Both the position numbers and the translations under genes were made by a program. A model generated the notes under the pieces. That model did no database searches and had not been told where the DNA came from. It saw only the letters and a list, made by a program, of their open reading frames with translations. From NCBI RefSeq assembly GCF_003334305.1, contig NZ_QOWS01000015.1: a stretch of 64,000 nt of DNA, one strand, 5' to 3'. Shown here in pieces: positions 32,827 through 43,855 of this stretch (position 1 is its first letter; the number at the start of each line of letters is the position of its first letter). This stretch comes from Escherichia coli (lineage in GTDB: Bacteria; Pseudomonadota; Gammaproteobacteria; Enterobacterales; Enterobacteriaceae).

Positions 32827-34512
32827 TTGAAGAAGGTTTGGCTTAACCGTTATCCCGCGGACGTTCCGACGGAGATCAACCCTGACCGTTATCAATCTCT
32901 GGTAGATATGTTTGAGCAGTCGGTCGCGCGCTACGCCGATCAACCTGCGTTTGTGAATATGGGGGAGGTAATGACCTTCCGCAAGCTGGAAGAACGCAGT
33001 CGCGCGTTTGCCGCTTATTTGCAACAAGGGTTGGGGCTGAAGAAAGGCGATCGCGTTGCGTTGATGATGCCTAATTTATTGCAATATCCGGTGGCGCTGT
33101 TTGGCATTTTGCGTGCCGGGATGATCGTCGTAAACGTTAACCCGTTGTATACCCCGCGTGAGCTTGAGCATCAGCTTAACGATAGCGGCGCATCGGCGAT
33201 TGTTATCGTGTCTAACTTTGCTCACACACTGGAAAAAGTGGTTGATAAAACCGCCGTTCAGCACGTAATTCTGACCCGTATGGGCGATCAGCTATCTACG
33301 GCAAAAGGCACGGTAGTCAATTTCGTTGTTAAATACATCAAGCGTTTGGTGCCGAAATACCATCTGCCAGATGCCATTTCATTTCGTAGCGCACTGCATA
33401 ACGGCTACCGGATGCAGTACGTCAAACCCGAACTGGTGCCGGAAGATTTAGCTTTTCTGCAATACACCGGCGGCACCACTGGTGTGGCGAAAGGCGCGAT
33501 GCTGACTCACCGCAATATGCTGGCGAACCTGGAACAGGTTAACGCGACCTATGGTCCGCTGTTGCATCCGGGCAAAGAGCTGGTGGTGACGGCGCTGCCG
33601 CTGTATCACATTTTTGCCCTGACCATTAACTGCCTGCTGTTTATCGAACTGGGTGGGCAGAACCTGCTTATCACTAACCCGCGCGATATTCCAGGGTTGG
33701 TAAAAGAGTTAGCGAAATATCCGTTTACCGCTATCACGGGCGTTAACACCTTGTTCAATGCGTTGCTGAACAATAAAGAGTTCCAGCAGCTGGATTTCTC
33801 CAGTCTGCATCTTTCCGCAGGCGGAGGGATGCCAGTGCAGCAAGTGGTGGCAGAGCGTTGGGTGAAACTGACAGGACAGTATCTGCTGGAAGGCTATGGC
33901 CTTACCGAGTGTGCGCCGCTGGTCAGCGTTAACCCATATGATATTGATTATCATAGTGGTAGCATCGGTTTGCCGGTGCCGTCGACGGAAGCCAAACTGG
34001 TGGATGATGATGATAATGAAGTACCACCGGGTCAACCGGGTGAGCTTTGTGTCAAAGGACCGCAGGTGATGCTGGGTTACTGGCAGCGTCCGGATGCTAC
34101 AGATGAGATCATCAAAAATGGCTGGTTACACACCGGCGACATCGCGGTGATGGATGAAGAAGGGTTCCTGCGCATTGTCGATCGTAAAAAAGACATGATT
34201 CTGGTTTCCGGTTTTAACGTCTATCCCAACGAGATTGAAGATGTCGTCATGCAGCATCCTGGCGTACAGGAAGTCGCGGCTGTTGGCGTACCTTCCGGCT
34301 CCAGTGGTGAAGCGGTGAAAATCTTCGTAGTGAAAAAAGATCCATCGCTTACCGAAGAGTCACTGGTGACCTTTTGCCGCCGTCAGCTCACGGGTTACAA
34401 AGTACCGAAGCTGGTGGAGTTTCGTGATGAGTTACCGAAATCTAACGTCGGAAAAATTTTGCGACGAGAATTACGTGACGAAGCGCGCGGCAAAGTGGAC
34501 AATAAAGCCTGA
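32827..34512 (+). CDS. fadD: Long-chain fatty acid CoA ligase
   Basis: ORF 32761..34512 trimmed to TTG start [14 protein letters not shown] (561 aa); AMP-binding motif [11 protein letters not shown]. Confidence 0.9.
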
Positions 34513-34530
34513 GTGTTAAGTCAGTCGTCA

Positions 34531-34557
34531 GACGCCGGTTAATCCGGCGTTTTTTTT
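34531..34557 (+). terminator. fadD intrinsic terminator
   Basis: CGCCGG-TTAAT-CCGGCG stem followed by 8 T. Confidence 0.75.
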
Positions 34558-34581
34558 GACGCCCACTAAAGAGAAAACAAT

Positions 34582-35709
34582 TTGAATTACCAAATGATTA
34601 CCACGGACGATGCGCTGGCTTCTTTGTGTGAAGCCGTCCGTGCCTTTCCGGCGATAGCCCTGGATACTGAATTTGTTCGTACGCGCACTTATTACCCGCA
34701 GCTGGGGTTGATTCAACTTTTCGATGGCGAGCATCTGGCGCTAATTGATCCTCTCGGGATCACCGACTGGTCACCGCTGAAAGCGATCCTGCGCGATCCG
34801 TCCATCACAAAATTTCTCCATGCAGGCAGTGAAGATCTGGAAGTGTTCCTCAATGTCTTTGGCGAATTACCACAACCCTTGATTGACACGCAAATCCTTG
34901 CTGCCTTCTGCGGACGCCCGATGTCATGGGGTTTCGCTTCCATGGTGGAAGAGTATTCCGGCGTTACGCTGGACAAGAGTGAATCGCGCACCGACTGGCT
35001 GGCCAGACCGCTGACCGAACGTCAGTGTGAATACGCAGCGGCGGATGTCTGGTATCTGTTACCGATCACCGCCAAGCTTATGGTAGAAACGGAGGCCTCC
35101 GGCTGGCTACCTGCGGCGCTGGATGAATGCCGCCTGATGCAAATGCGTCGTCAGGAAGTCGTTGCGCCGGAAGATGCCTGGCGTGATATCACCAATGCCT
35201 GGCAGTTACGCACACGCCAACTGGCCTGTCTGCAACTGTTAGCCGACTGGCGACTGCGCAAGGCGCGAGAGCGTGATCTGGCGGTGAACTTTGTCGTGCG
35301 TGAAGAGCATTTGTGGTCGGTCGCGCGTTATATGCCGGGAAGTTTAGGCGAACTGGACAGCCTGGGTTTATCCGGTAGCGAAATCCGCTTTCACGGTAAA
35401 ACGCTGCTGGCGCTGGTGGAAAAAGCGCAGACATTGCCGGAAGAGGCCTTACCGCAGCCGATGCTTAACCTGATGGACATGCCTGGTTATCGTAAAGCGT
35501 TTAAAGCGATTAAGTCGCTGATTACTGACGTGAGCGAAACGCATAAGATCAGCGCCGAATTGCTGGCATCGCGTCGGCAAATCAACCAACTGCTGAACTG
35601 GCACTGGAAACTGAAACCGCAGAACAATTTGCCGGAGCTGATTTCCGGCTGGCGTGGTGAGCTGATGGCGGAAGCATTACACAATTTATTGCAGGAATAT
35701 CCGCAGTAA
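34582..35709 (+). CDS. rnd: Ribonuclease D
   Basis: 375-aa ORF, DEDDy 3'-5' exonuclease plus HRDC domains. Confidence 0.9.
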   Translation: MNYQMITTDDALASLCEAVRAFPAIALDTEFVRTRTYYPQLGLIQLFDGEHLALIDPLGITDWSPLKAILRDPSITKFLHAGSEDLEVFLNVFGELPQPLIDTQILAAFCGRPMSWGFASMVEEYSGVTLDKSESRTDWLARPLTERQCEYAAADVWYLLPITAKLMVETEASGWLPAALDECRLMQMRRQEVVAPEDAWRDITNAWQLRTRQLACLQLLADWRLRKARERDLAVNFVVREEHLWSVARYMPGSLGELDSLGLSGSEIRFHGKTLLALVEKAQTLPEEALPQPMLNLMDMPGYRKAFKAIKSLITDVSETHKISAELLASRRQINQLLNWHWKLKPQNNLPELISGWRGELMAEALHNLLQEYPQ

Positions 35710-35762
35710 AATCTTCCGAAGCCGGACTGGGCGCGCTCAGCGCCACATCCGGCTTTGGCAAA

Positions 35763-36728
35763 CTACAAATCCAACACCAGGCGTTTACCCTTCGCACGCG
35801 AACAACAGATCAACATACTTTGCTGGCTGGCACGCTCTTCATCGCTAAAATACTGATCCCGATGGTCAGCTTCACCTTCCAGTATTGCTGTTTCGCAGGT
35901 TCCGCATACCCCTTCACGACATAAACATTCCACTTTCGCGGCTTTATTATTTTCAATAACCTGCAAAATAGTCATCTCTTCCGGCACCACAAACTCTTTT
36001 CCGGAACGGGCAAGCACCAGGGTAAAGGCATCGCCGGTTTTGTCTTCGATAGCAAATTGCTCAAAGTGCAGCGTATCGGCGACGATGTCCAGACGCGCAG
36101 CTTCACTTCTTACCGCTTCATTTAGCGCCTCGGGACCACAGGTATAAACGTGTGTGCCAGGTTCGATATCCGCCAATAATCGCGCTAATTCCAGTCGTGT
36201 TCCGGTTGATGAGTGATGCAAGTGAACTTTCTCAGCCTGCGGATGCTGGACTAGCTCATCACGAAATGCGCAACTTTCTGGATTTCGCGAGCAGTAATGT
36301 AGCTGCCAGTCGACGTCGCTGTGTTGCAGCTCTGCCATGTGCGACAGGAAAGGGGTGATACCAATACCGCCCGCGATAAACAGATGCTTTCTGGCTGAGG
36401 GAATTAGCGCAAACAGGTTATTAGGCGTTGAAATCGTTAACCGATCGCCCACTTTTACCTGCTGATGCAAAAAGCGGGAACCGCCGCGCGAGTTTTCCTC
36501 CAGCCGAACGGCAATCTGATAACAAGAGGTGTCATGCGGCGAACTCAGTAGTGAATACGCATTGCTGTACTGGTTATCACCATCGCTCATCTGCACAATG
36601 ATGTGACTTCCTCCGGTGAACGCAGGCAGCGGTTTGCCATCGGTTGCCACCAGCGTGAAGCGTTTCACCTGTTCGGTAAGCGGTTCCACCTGACTCACCT
36701 GTACTTCAAACATTTGATAGTCTGACAT
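35763..36728 (-). CDS. yeaX: Carnitine monooxygenase reductase subunit (YeaX)
   Basis: 321-aa ORF with flavin/NAD-binding domain and C-terminal 2Fe-2S ferredoxin cysteines. Confidence 0.9.
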   Translation of the reverse strand: MSDYQMFEVQVSQVEPLTEQVKRFTLVATDGKPLPAFTGGSHIIVQMSDGDNQYSNAYSLLSSPHDTSCYQIAVRLEENSRGGSRFLHQQVKVGDRLTISTPNNLFALIPSARKHLFIAGGIGITPFLSHMAELQHSDVDWQLHYCSRNPESCAFRDELVQHPQAEKVHLHHSSTGTRLELARLLADIEPGTHVYTCGPEALNEAVRSEAARLDIVADTLHFEQFAIEDKTGDAFTLVLARSGKEFVVPEEMTILQVIENNKAAKVECLCREGVCGTCETAILEGEADHRDQYFSDEERASQQSMLICCSRAKGKRLVLDL

Positions 36729-36783
36729 TGCTGTACTCCATCAAAAATCAGCCCAGCGGCGGAAAATACCGCCGCCGATGTCA

Positions 36784-37908
36784 TTAGTCCTTAAACACCT
36801 GCGCCAGCAGATTATGGAAATGGGCGATACCATGTTCGGAAATGCCACTACCGCTACTGTCGGCCATGATGCGCCCCTGACCACGATAGCCACGCGATTT
36901 CAGCCCTTTCTGTACGCTTTCAACCAGACGTAAATCTTCCGGACGGAACACATCGCGATACCACTCAATCAGCGATTTTTGCTCGTCGGTTAACTCTTCA
37001 TTGGTGAAGTAAATATCGTAGTTTTGCAGGGTAGTTTCAGAATCCACCGGGAATTCATAAATGACCGTCATCATCCCTTTGATCGGGGTGACGTTCAGCA
37101 TCGTGCACGGCCACAGCCAGAAACCGTGGAATGCCGCATCCGTACCCTCTTCAAATTTAAACGACTGTTCGGACGGTTTGGCGAAACCGTATTGCAGCGT
37201 CCAGTTACCGTGCATGGTGTGCCAGTAACGATCAACCTGTACGGAGTCGGAGAAACCTGGATGCGCCGGACCACAGTGATAGCACTCGAGATAGTTATCG
37301 ACAATGTTCTTCCAGTTGGCAGGCGTGCGGGTGGTAAAGCGGGCCGCCAGTTTCAGATCGTGGACTTCCGGGCAGGCTTCCAGCACTTTCGCGCCCAGAC
37401 CGGGTAACTGATCTTCTACGCTGGTGGCGTTGGGGTCCATGTTGATGAAGACGAATCCGGCATATTCTTCCAGACGCACCGGAACCAGTTGCGCTTTGTC
37501 GCTATCGAAATTGGCGACGTTTTCGCAGTTACGTGCATGGGCCAGATTGCCATCGAGTTTGAATGCCCATGCGTGATACGGGCAGGTAATCACATTTTTT
37601 GCTTTTCCTTCACCGCTCAACAACTGATGACCACGGTGCGGACACACGTTATAGAACGCGCGCAAAACCTTATCACGACCGCGTACCAGCACGATGCTTT
37701 CGCCAATGATCTCACGCGTCACATAATCATTGGCATTCGCCAGTTCGCTGCTGTGAGCGACGCAAATCCAGCTTTTGGCGAAGACGTTCTCTTTTTCGTG
37801 TTCAAATGCGTTCTGATCGGTATAAAAACGGGCAGGAATGGTCCACGCCTCTTGCGGGTTAGCGCAAAAATTTTCGGGTAGTACAAAGTCAGGGCTCAGA
37901 TTGCTCAT
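36784..37908 (-). CDS. yeaW: Carnitine monooxygenase Rieske oxygenase subunit (YeaW)
   Basis: ORF 36784..38028 trimmed to MSNLSPDFVL start (374 aa); Rieske motif CPHRG...CPYH. Confidence 0.9.
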   Translation of the reverse strand: MSNLSPDFVLPENFCANPQEAWTIPARFYTDQNAFEHEKENVFAKSWICVAHSSELANANDYVTREIIGESIVLVRGRDKVLRAFYNVCPHRGHQLLSGEGKAKNVITCPYHAWAFKLDGNLAHARNCENVANFDSDKAQLVPVRLEEYAGFVFINMDPNATSVEDQLPGLGAKVLEACPEVHDLKLAARFTTRTPANWKNIVDNYLECYHCGPAHPGFSDSVQVDRYWHTMHGNWTLQYGFAKPSEQSFKFEEGTDAAFHGFWLWPCTMLNVTPIKGMMTVIYEFPVDSETTLQNYDIYFTNEELTDEQKSLIEWYRDVFRPEDLRLVESVQKGLKSRGYRGQGRIMADSSGSGISEHGIAHFHNLLAQVFKD

Positions 37909-37939
37909 AGGGATACCTTTATCGTTAGGATGATGGCGC

Positions 37940-39550
37940 TCAGTTGTCGCCTTTGAATACGGTTCCCGCAGGGAGCACTGGTGTTTTTTCCAGGGCTTCA
38001 ACCGGTGTCTGCGGGAGATAATGTTCAACTTGATGAGCCGGAATGTCGGCGTAATCCTGTTTCAGCCAGCGAATAAATCCGCCGACTTTCACCAGTAAAA
38101 TGACGAGGAAGGGAAGGGCTGTGAGCACGACGGTGGTTTTCATCGTTTCCAGCGAAGCACCGGTAAACAAGATGGAAAGCGGGATCAGAGTGATCACCAC
38201 GCACCAGAAAAGACGCAGCCCACGGTCAGGATCGTCACCTTCCTGGAGATTACGCGTACTGGTCGCAGCCATGGTGTAGGCCACCGCATCCATATGCGAG
38301 GCAAGGAAAATAATCATCACGCCCAGGTATGCGGCGAGGAACAATTTACCGGCTGGCAACGACATCAGAACTTGCTGTACAGCTGTTTCGCCGCCCAGTG
38401 TTTCCAGCACCTGTGGGACGTTGATTACGCCATTGATAAACTGATGAATGGCATAGCTTTCCATTACGCCGAAGAAGAACCAGCAACCGACGGTGCTGCC
38501 GAGGATCAGTCCCCAGATAACTTCTTTAATCTTACGACCGCGGGAAACGCGGGTGACAAACATTGCTACGCCAGGGGTGTATGAGATCCACCACAGCCAG
38601 TAGAAAACGGTCCAGTTGCGGGTAAATGAACCATCGCCAAGCGGATCGGTGAATAAGCTCATTTGCAGGAAGTTTTGCGTGGTCAGACCGATGGCATTGA
38701 TGATGCTGTTGGTAATAAATTCGGTTGGGCCGACAATCAGCACCAGTAATGGCAGCAGGAACGCGCCCCAGCCAACCATTTTGCTCAGACGTTGCAAACC
38801 GTTGTTGATACCAATCCACGAGCTTAGGCAAAAAATGCCGCCGGAAAGCAGGATCACAAATGCCTGCACGGTGAAGTTATCGGGTAAACCGGTCAGCGCG
38901 GAAAGTCCACGAGTAAAGGTTGCTGCGGTGACAACAAGGGAAATAGTCAGTGCGCCGACAGTGGCGATCAGGAACATCAAATCAACCAGTTTTCCCCATG
39001 GGCCTTGCGGGCGAACGCCGGTAATCGCGGCAATAATGCCGGAAAGACTCAGACCTTTGTTTTTACGCACATGAAAGTGATAAGCCATGATTAATGAGGC
39101 CAGCGTATAAGTTGCCCAGGCGCTGATGCCCCAGTGGAAGAAGGAGTAAGGGACGCTAAATTCGAGTGCCTGTTGTGAACGCGGTGCGATATTTAATCCA
39201 GGCGTTTGATAATAATAGGCCCATTCAGCAACCCCCCAATAAAGCGTAGAAGAACCTAAACCGGCACAAATAAACATAAACAGCCAGGAGAGTGTGCTGT
39301 ATTCCGGTTTTCCTTCGCCAAGACGAATATTGCCGTATTTACTGGTGGCTAAATAAATCACCAGTCCCATTGCCAGCAAAACCAATACCTGTACGGCGGA
39401 ACCTAACGTACGCGTAACAAAAGTGTATATTGCGTTGGCCGCGTCGGCCGATTGTTGTGGGAAAAGGCTTAATGCAGCTGCGATGAAAAGAATGGCCACC
39501 AGGCTGATGCTTATCAGCGGCACATCTTTTTTCTTAACATTGCTCATCAT
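37940..39550 (-). CDS. yeaV: BCCT-family transporter YeaV (probable carnitine/betaine-type substrate)
   Basis: 536-aa polytopic ORF with CaiT/BetT-like N-terminus; exact start uncertain. Confidence 0.8.
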
Positions 39551-39753
39551 GAGTCATCTCCTGGGCATAAAAGCCCGTCTCTGGCTTTTGCCAGTTGTAA
39601 TTATTTGCAGGGTAATGAGTTGTATGTTGTGTTTAACAAATTGATTATTTGCATGTTACATAAATTAAACAATTAAGAATACGGAAAGCCATAAAACACG
39701 AAACGGAAACAATAAAAGGTGAAATGACGCAGGTTATTTACTGCAAAGAACGA

Positions 39754-39781
39754 ATAAAAAAACCGCGTCAGTGACGCGGTT
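39754..39781 (-). terminator. dmlA intrinsic terminator
   Basis: AACCGCGTCA-G-TGACGCGGTT palindrome; on the minus strand it is followed by a T-run. Confidence 0.65.
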
Positions 39782-39800
39782 CAAATAAACTGGTTTGACC

Positions 39801-40886
39801 TTAACGCAAAATAATTTTGCAAATCGCGTCGGCAACCTGTGGCGTGGTGGCATTGCCTTTCATATCAGGTGTTTTCGGCCCGTGAGCAATCACTTCTTCA
39901 ATTGCTGCCAGAATACCGTTATGCGCTTGCTGGAAACGCTCATCGCCATTGCCGAGAAAATCGAGCATCATTGCACCGGCCCAAATCGTGGCGATAGGGT
40001 TAGCAATGTTTTTCCCGTAGATATCCGGCGCGGAACCGTGGACTGGCTCGAAGAGCGACGGGAAAGTGCGTTCCGGATTCAGGTTGGCGGATGGGGCAAT
40101 GCCAATGGTGCCGGTGCAGGCCGGGCCAAGATCGGAAAGGATATCGCCAAATAAATTGGACGCCACCACCACATCGAAGCGTTCCGGCTGCATCACAAAA
40201 CGCGCGCAGAGAATATCAATATGCTGCTTGTCCCAGCGGATCTCCGGGTAATTCTCGGCCATTGCTTCCACTCGCTCATCCCAGTACGGCATGCTGATGG
40301 CTAAACCGTTTGATTTAGTGGCAGAAGTTAGCGTCTTACGTGGGCGGCTTTGCGCAAGTTCGAAGGCATAACGCAAAATGCGATCGACACCACGACGCGT
40401 AAATACCGATTCCTGAATGACGACTTCATGCTCTGTACCTTCATTCACTCTACCGCCGAGCGAGGAATATTCGCCTTCGGTGTTTTCCCTGACCACGTAA
40501 AAATCGATGTCGCCAGGCTGTTTTCCCGCCAGCGGGCAGGGAACGCCAGGAAAGAGACGAACCGGGCGCAGGTTGACGTACTGGTCGAATTCACGACGAA
40601 ATTTCAGCAGCGAACCCCACAACGAAATATGGTCAGGAACGGTGTCCGGCCAGCCGACGGCACCAAAATAGATGGCGTCGAAACGGCTAAGTTGCTCATG
40701 CCAGTCGTCCGGCATCATTTTACCGTGATGGCTGTAATACTCGCAGCTCGCCCACTCCATTTGCTCAAAACTCAAGGCGAAGCCCCAGCGCTCAGCGGCA
40801 GCCTGTAACACGCGAATCCCTTCAGGAAGGACTTCTTTGCCAATCCCGTCTCCCGGGATCGCAGCAATACGCATCGTTTTCATCAT
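39801..40886 (-). CDS. dmlA: D-malate dehydrogenase (decarboxylating), YeaU
   Basis: 361-aa ORF, isocitrate/isopropylmalate dehydrogenase family. Confidence 0.9.
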   Translation of the reverse strand: MMKTMRIAAIPGDGIGKEVLPEGIRVLQAAAERWGFALSFEQMEWASCEYYSHHGKMMPDDWHEQLSRFDAIYFGAVGWPDTVPDHISLWGSLLKFRREFDQYVNLRPVRLFPGVPCPLAGKQPGDIDFYVVRENTEGEYSSLGGRVNEGTEHEVVIQESVFTRRGVDRILRYAFELAQSRPRKTLTSATKSNGLAISMPYWDERVEAMAENYPEIRWDKQHIDILCARFVMQPERFDVVVASNLFGDILSDLGPACTGTIGIAPSANLNPERTFPSLFEPVHGSAPDIYGKNIANPIATIWAGAMMLDFLGNGDERFQQAHNGILAAIEEVIAHGPKTPDMKGNATTPQVADAICKIILR

Positions 40887-40988
40887 TGGGTTCTCACTTC
40901 CTGACCATCAAAATTGACAACATCACCATCCTATAATTGACTGAAAAGGAATTAATCCCCGTAACTGGTGAAACATAAAACACGAATC

Positions 40989-41912
40989 ATGAATAATTTA
41001 CCGCTGCTGAATGATTTGCGCGTCTTTATGCTGGTGGCTCGTCGGGCTGGTTTTGCCGCCGTGGCGGAAGAACTGGGCGTTTCACCGGCGTTCGTCAGCA
41101 AGCGCATCGCCTTGCTGGAGCAAACGCTAAACGTGGTGTTGTTACACCGCACCACCCGCCGCGTCACCATTACCGAAGAAGGAGAGCGGATTTATGAATG
41201 GGCGCAGCGGATTTTGCAGGATGTCGGTCAGATGATGGACGAACTTTCTGACGTGCGTCAGGTGCCGCAGGGGATGCTGCGTATTATCAGCAGCTTTGGT
41301 TTTGGACGACAGGTGGTGGCTCCGGCGTTATCAGCGCTGGCTAAGGCGTATCCGCAACTGGAATTACGTTTTGATGTGGAAGACCGGTTGGTCGATTTGG
41401 TCAATGAAGGTGTTGATCTCGATATTCGCATTGGCGATGACATCGCCCCTAATTTAATCGCCCGCAAACTGGCGACTAATTACCGCATTCTCTGCGCGTC
41501 GCCGGAATTTATTGCGCAACATGGCGCGCCGAAACATTTAACCGATCTTTCCGCATTGCCGTGCCTGGTCATTAAAGAGCGCGATCATCCTTTTGGTGTC
41601 TGGCAATTACGCAATAAAGAAGGCCACCATGCGATTAAAGTCACCGGCCCACTGTCGTCTAATCATGGAGAAATTGTCCATCAGTGGTGTCTCGATGGGC
41701 AGGGGATTGCTCTGCGCTCCTGGTGGGATGTTAGCGAAAACATTGCCAGTGGTCATTTAGTGCAAGTGCTACCGGAATATTACCAGCCAGCGAACGTCTG
41801 GGCCGTTTATGTTTCAAGGCTGGCGACGTCAGCGAAAGTGCGGATAACGGTAGAATTTTTACGCCAGTATTTTGCCGAGCACTACCCGAATTTTTCACTG
41901 GAGCATGCCTGA
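40989..41912 (+). CDS. dmlR: LysR-family regulator of dmlA (YeaT)
   Basis: ORF 40968..41912 trimmed to MNNLPLLNDLRVF start (307 aa); divergent from dmlA. Confidence 0.85.
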   Translation: MNNLPLLNDLRVFMLVARRAGFAAVAEELGVSPAFVSKRIALLEQTLNVVLLHRTTRRVTITEEGERIYEWAQRILQDVGQMMDELSDVRQVPQGMLRIISSFGFGRQVVAPALSALAKAYPQLELRFDVEDRLVDLVNEGVDLDIRIGDDIAPNLIARKLATNYRILCASPEFIAQHGAPKHLTDLSALPCLVIKERDHPFGVWQLRNKEGHHAIKVTGPLSSNHGEIVHQWCLDGQGIALRSWWDVSENIASGHLVQVLPEYYQPANVWAVYVSRLATSAKVRITVEFLRQYFAEHYPNFSLEHA

Positions 41913-41969
41913 TTAATGATTCAATTATCGGGTTGATATCGGGTTAAAACCTGATTTTCTCCTTTCTAA

Positions 41970-42677
<708 letters not shown>

Positions 42678-42758
42678 TACATTCAGCCCGCGTTGTCGCG
42701 GGCTTCCCACTTGTAATCCTCCCTGATTTTTCTCTGATATGGTGCTAAAAAGTAACCA

Positions 42759-42783
42759 ATAAATGGTATTTAAAATGCAAATT
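42759..42783. promoter_or_regulatory. NsrR-like operator upstream of yeaR-yoaG
   Basis: AAATGGTATTTAAAATGCAAATT resembles the NsrR inverted-repeat consensus AAGATGCATTTnAAATACATCTT. Confidence 0.45.
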
Positions 42784-42849
42784 ATCAGGCGTACCCTGAA
42801 ACGGCTGGAATAAACCGTTTTCAGCGCATTCCCCGAAGGAGGGAATAGG

Positions 42850-43209
42850 ATGCTGCAAATCCCACAGAATTATATTCATACGCGCTCAACGCCTTTCTGG
42901 AATAAACAAACTGCGCCTGCCGGAATATTCGAACGTCATCTTGATAAAGGAACGCGCCCGGGGGTTTACCCACGCCTTTCCGTTATGCATGGGGCGGTCA
43001 AATATCTCGGCTACGCTGATGAACACAGTGCAGAGCCTGATCAGGTGATCCTTATCGAAGCGGGGCAGTTTGCGGTGTTCCCTCCAGAAAAGTGGCACAA
43101 CATTGAAGCCATGACTGACGATACTTATTTCAACATTGACTTCTTCGTGGCTCCTGAAGTCCTGATGGAAGGTGCGCAACAACGGAAAGTCATTCATAAC
43201 GGGAAATGA
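42850..43209 (+). CDS. yeaR: DUF1971 protein YeaR (nitrosative-stress inducible)
   Basis: 119-aa ORF; synteny. Confidence 0.9.
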   Translation: MLQIPQNYIHTRSTPFWNKQTAPAGIFERHLDKGTRPGVYPRLSVMHGAVKYLGYADEHSAEPDQVILIEAGQFAVFPPEKWHNIEAMTDDTYFNIDFFVAPEVLMEGAQQRKVIHNGK

Positions 43210-43212
43210 ATC

Positions 43213-43401
43213 ATGGGCAAAGCAACGTATACCGTGACCGTCACCAATAACAGCAATGGCGTTTCTGTCGATTATGAAACAGAGACGCCGATGACTTTGC
43301 TGGTGCCAGAAGTGGCGGCTGAAGTGATAAAAGATTTGGTGAATACCGTGCGTTCTTATCCGGTGCGCCGTAAAACCCCGTCCTTCAGGGCGGGGATATA
43401 A
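43213..43401 (+). CDS. yoaG: Small protein YoaG; 3' end appears to run into the IS left end
   Basis: 62-aa ORF starting 4 bp after yeaR; last ~15 codons overlap the predicted IS left-end hairpin. Confidence 0.75.
   Translation: MGKATYTVTVTNNSNGVSVDYETETPMTLLVPEVAAEVIKDLVNTVRSYPVRRKTPSFRAGI
43374..43397 (+). repeat. Predicted IS left-end subterminal imperfect hairpin
   Basis: CCCCGTCCTTCAGGGCGGGG; core 18-mer CGTCCTTCAGGGCGGGGA matches the right-end copy 16/18 in direct orientation. Confidence 0.45.
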
Positions 43402-43416
43402 GGCGCGGTTTTCCAC

Positions 43417-43848
43417 CTAACCAGGTGTTTGCTGTTGTTCAATGTATTGGCGGATGACGGATATTGGCGCACCTCCGCAGCTACTGGCAAAATAGCCAGG
43501 ACTCCACAAAACGCCTTTGTAGTAATACCTGACTGCAATATCTGGTCGATCTCGTCGCAGTAACCTACCCGATACGCCTTTGAGGCTGTTTACCAGACTG
43601 GATATCGCCAGTTTGGGAGGATAGTTAATTAACAAATGGACGTGATCTGGTTCGCCATCCATTTCAACAAGTTCAGCTTCAAAATCAGCACATACATTTG
43701 AAAAGTAAGTGCGTAGTTTTTCTGTCGCGTCATGGTCAAAAATCTGGAGTCGGTATCTGGTGACAAAGACCAGGTGAACATGCATCAGGAAAACACAATG
43801 CCTTCCACGCCGGATATCGGTTTCTTTTTTCACAGACCAAAGTATCAT
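43417..43848 (-). CDS. tnpA: IS200/IS605-family Y1 HUH transposase TnpA
   Basis: 143-aa ORF with HUH motif (PDHVHLLI) and catalytic-Tyr helix (GGAPISVIRQYIEQQ). Confidence 0.85.
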   Translation of the reverse strand: MILWSVKKETDIRRGRHCVFLMHVHLVFVTRYRLQIFDHDATEKLRTYFSNVCADFEAELVEMDGEPDHVHLLINYPPKLAISSLVNSLKGVSGRLLRRDRPDIAVRYYYKGVLWSPGYFASSCGGAPISVIRQYIEQQQTPG

Positions 43849-43855
43849 TTGACCT

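Noticed and set aside
35716-35756. Compound hairpin downstream of rnd (AAGCCGGA...TCCGGCTT around a GCGC-TCA-GCGC core), considered as a REP element or terminator
   Set aside because: No adjacent T-run on either strand and only partial resemblance to the REP consensus; could not be classified confidently.
42886-43416. 176-aa ORF on the minus strand
   Set aside because: Antisense to yeaR and yoaG; the sense-strand genes are conserved and contiguous.
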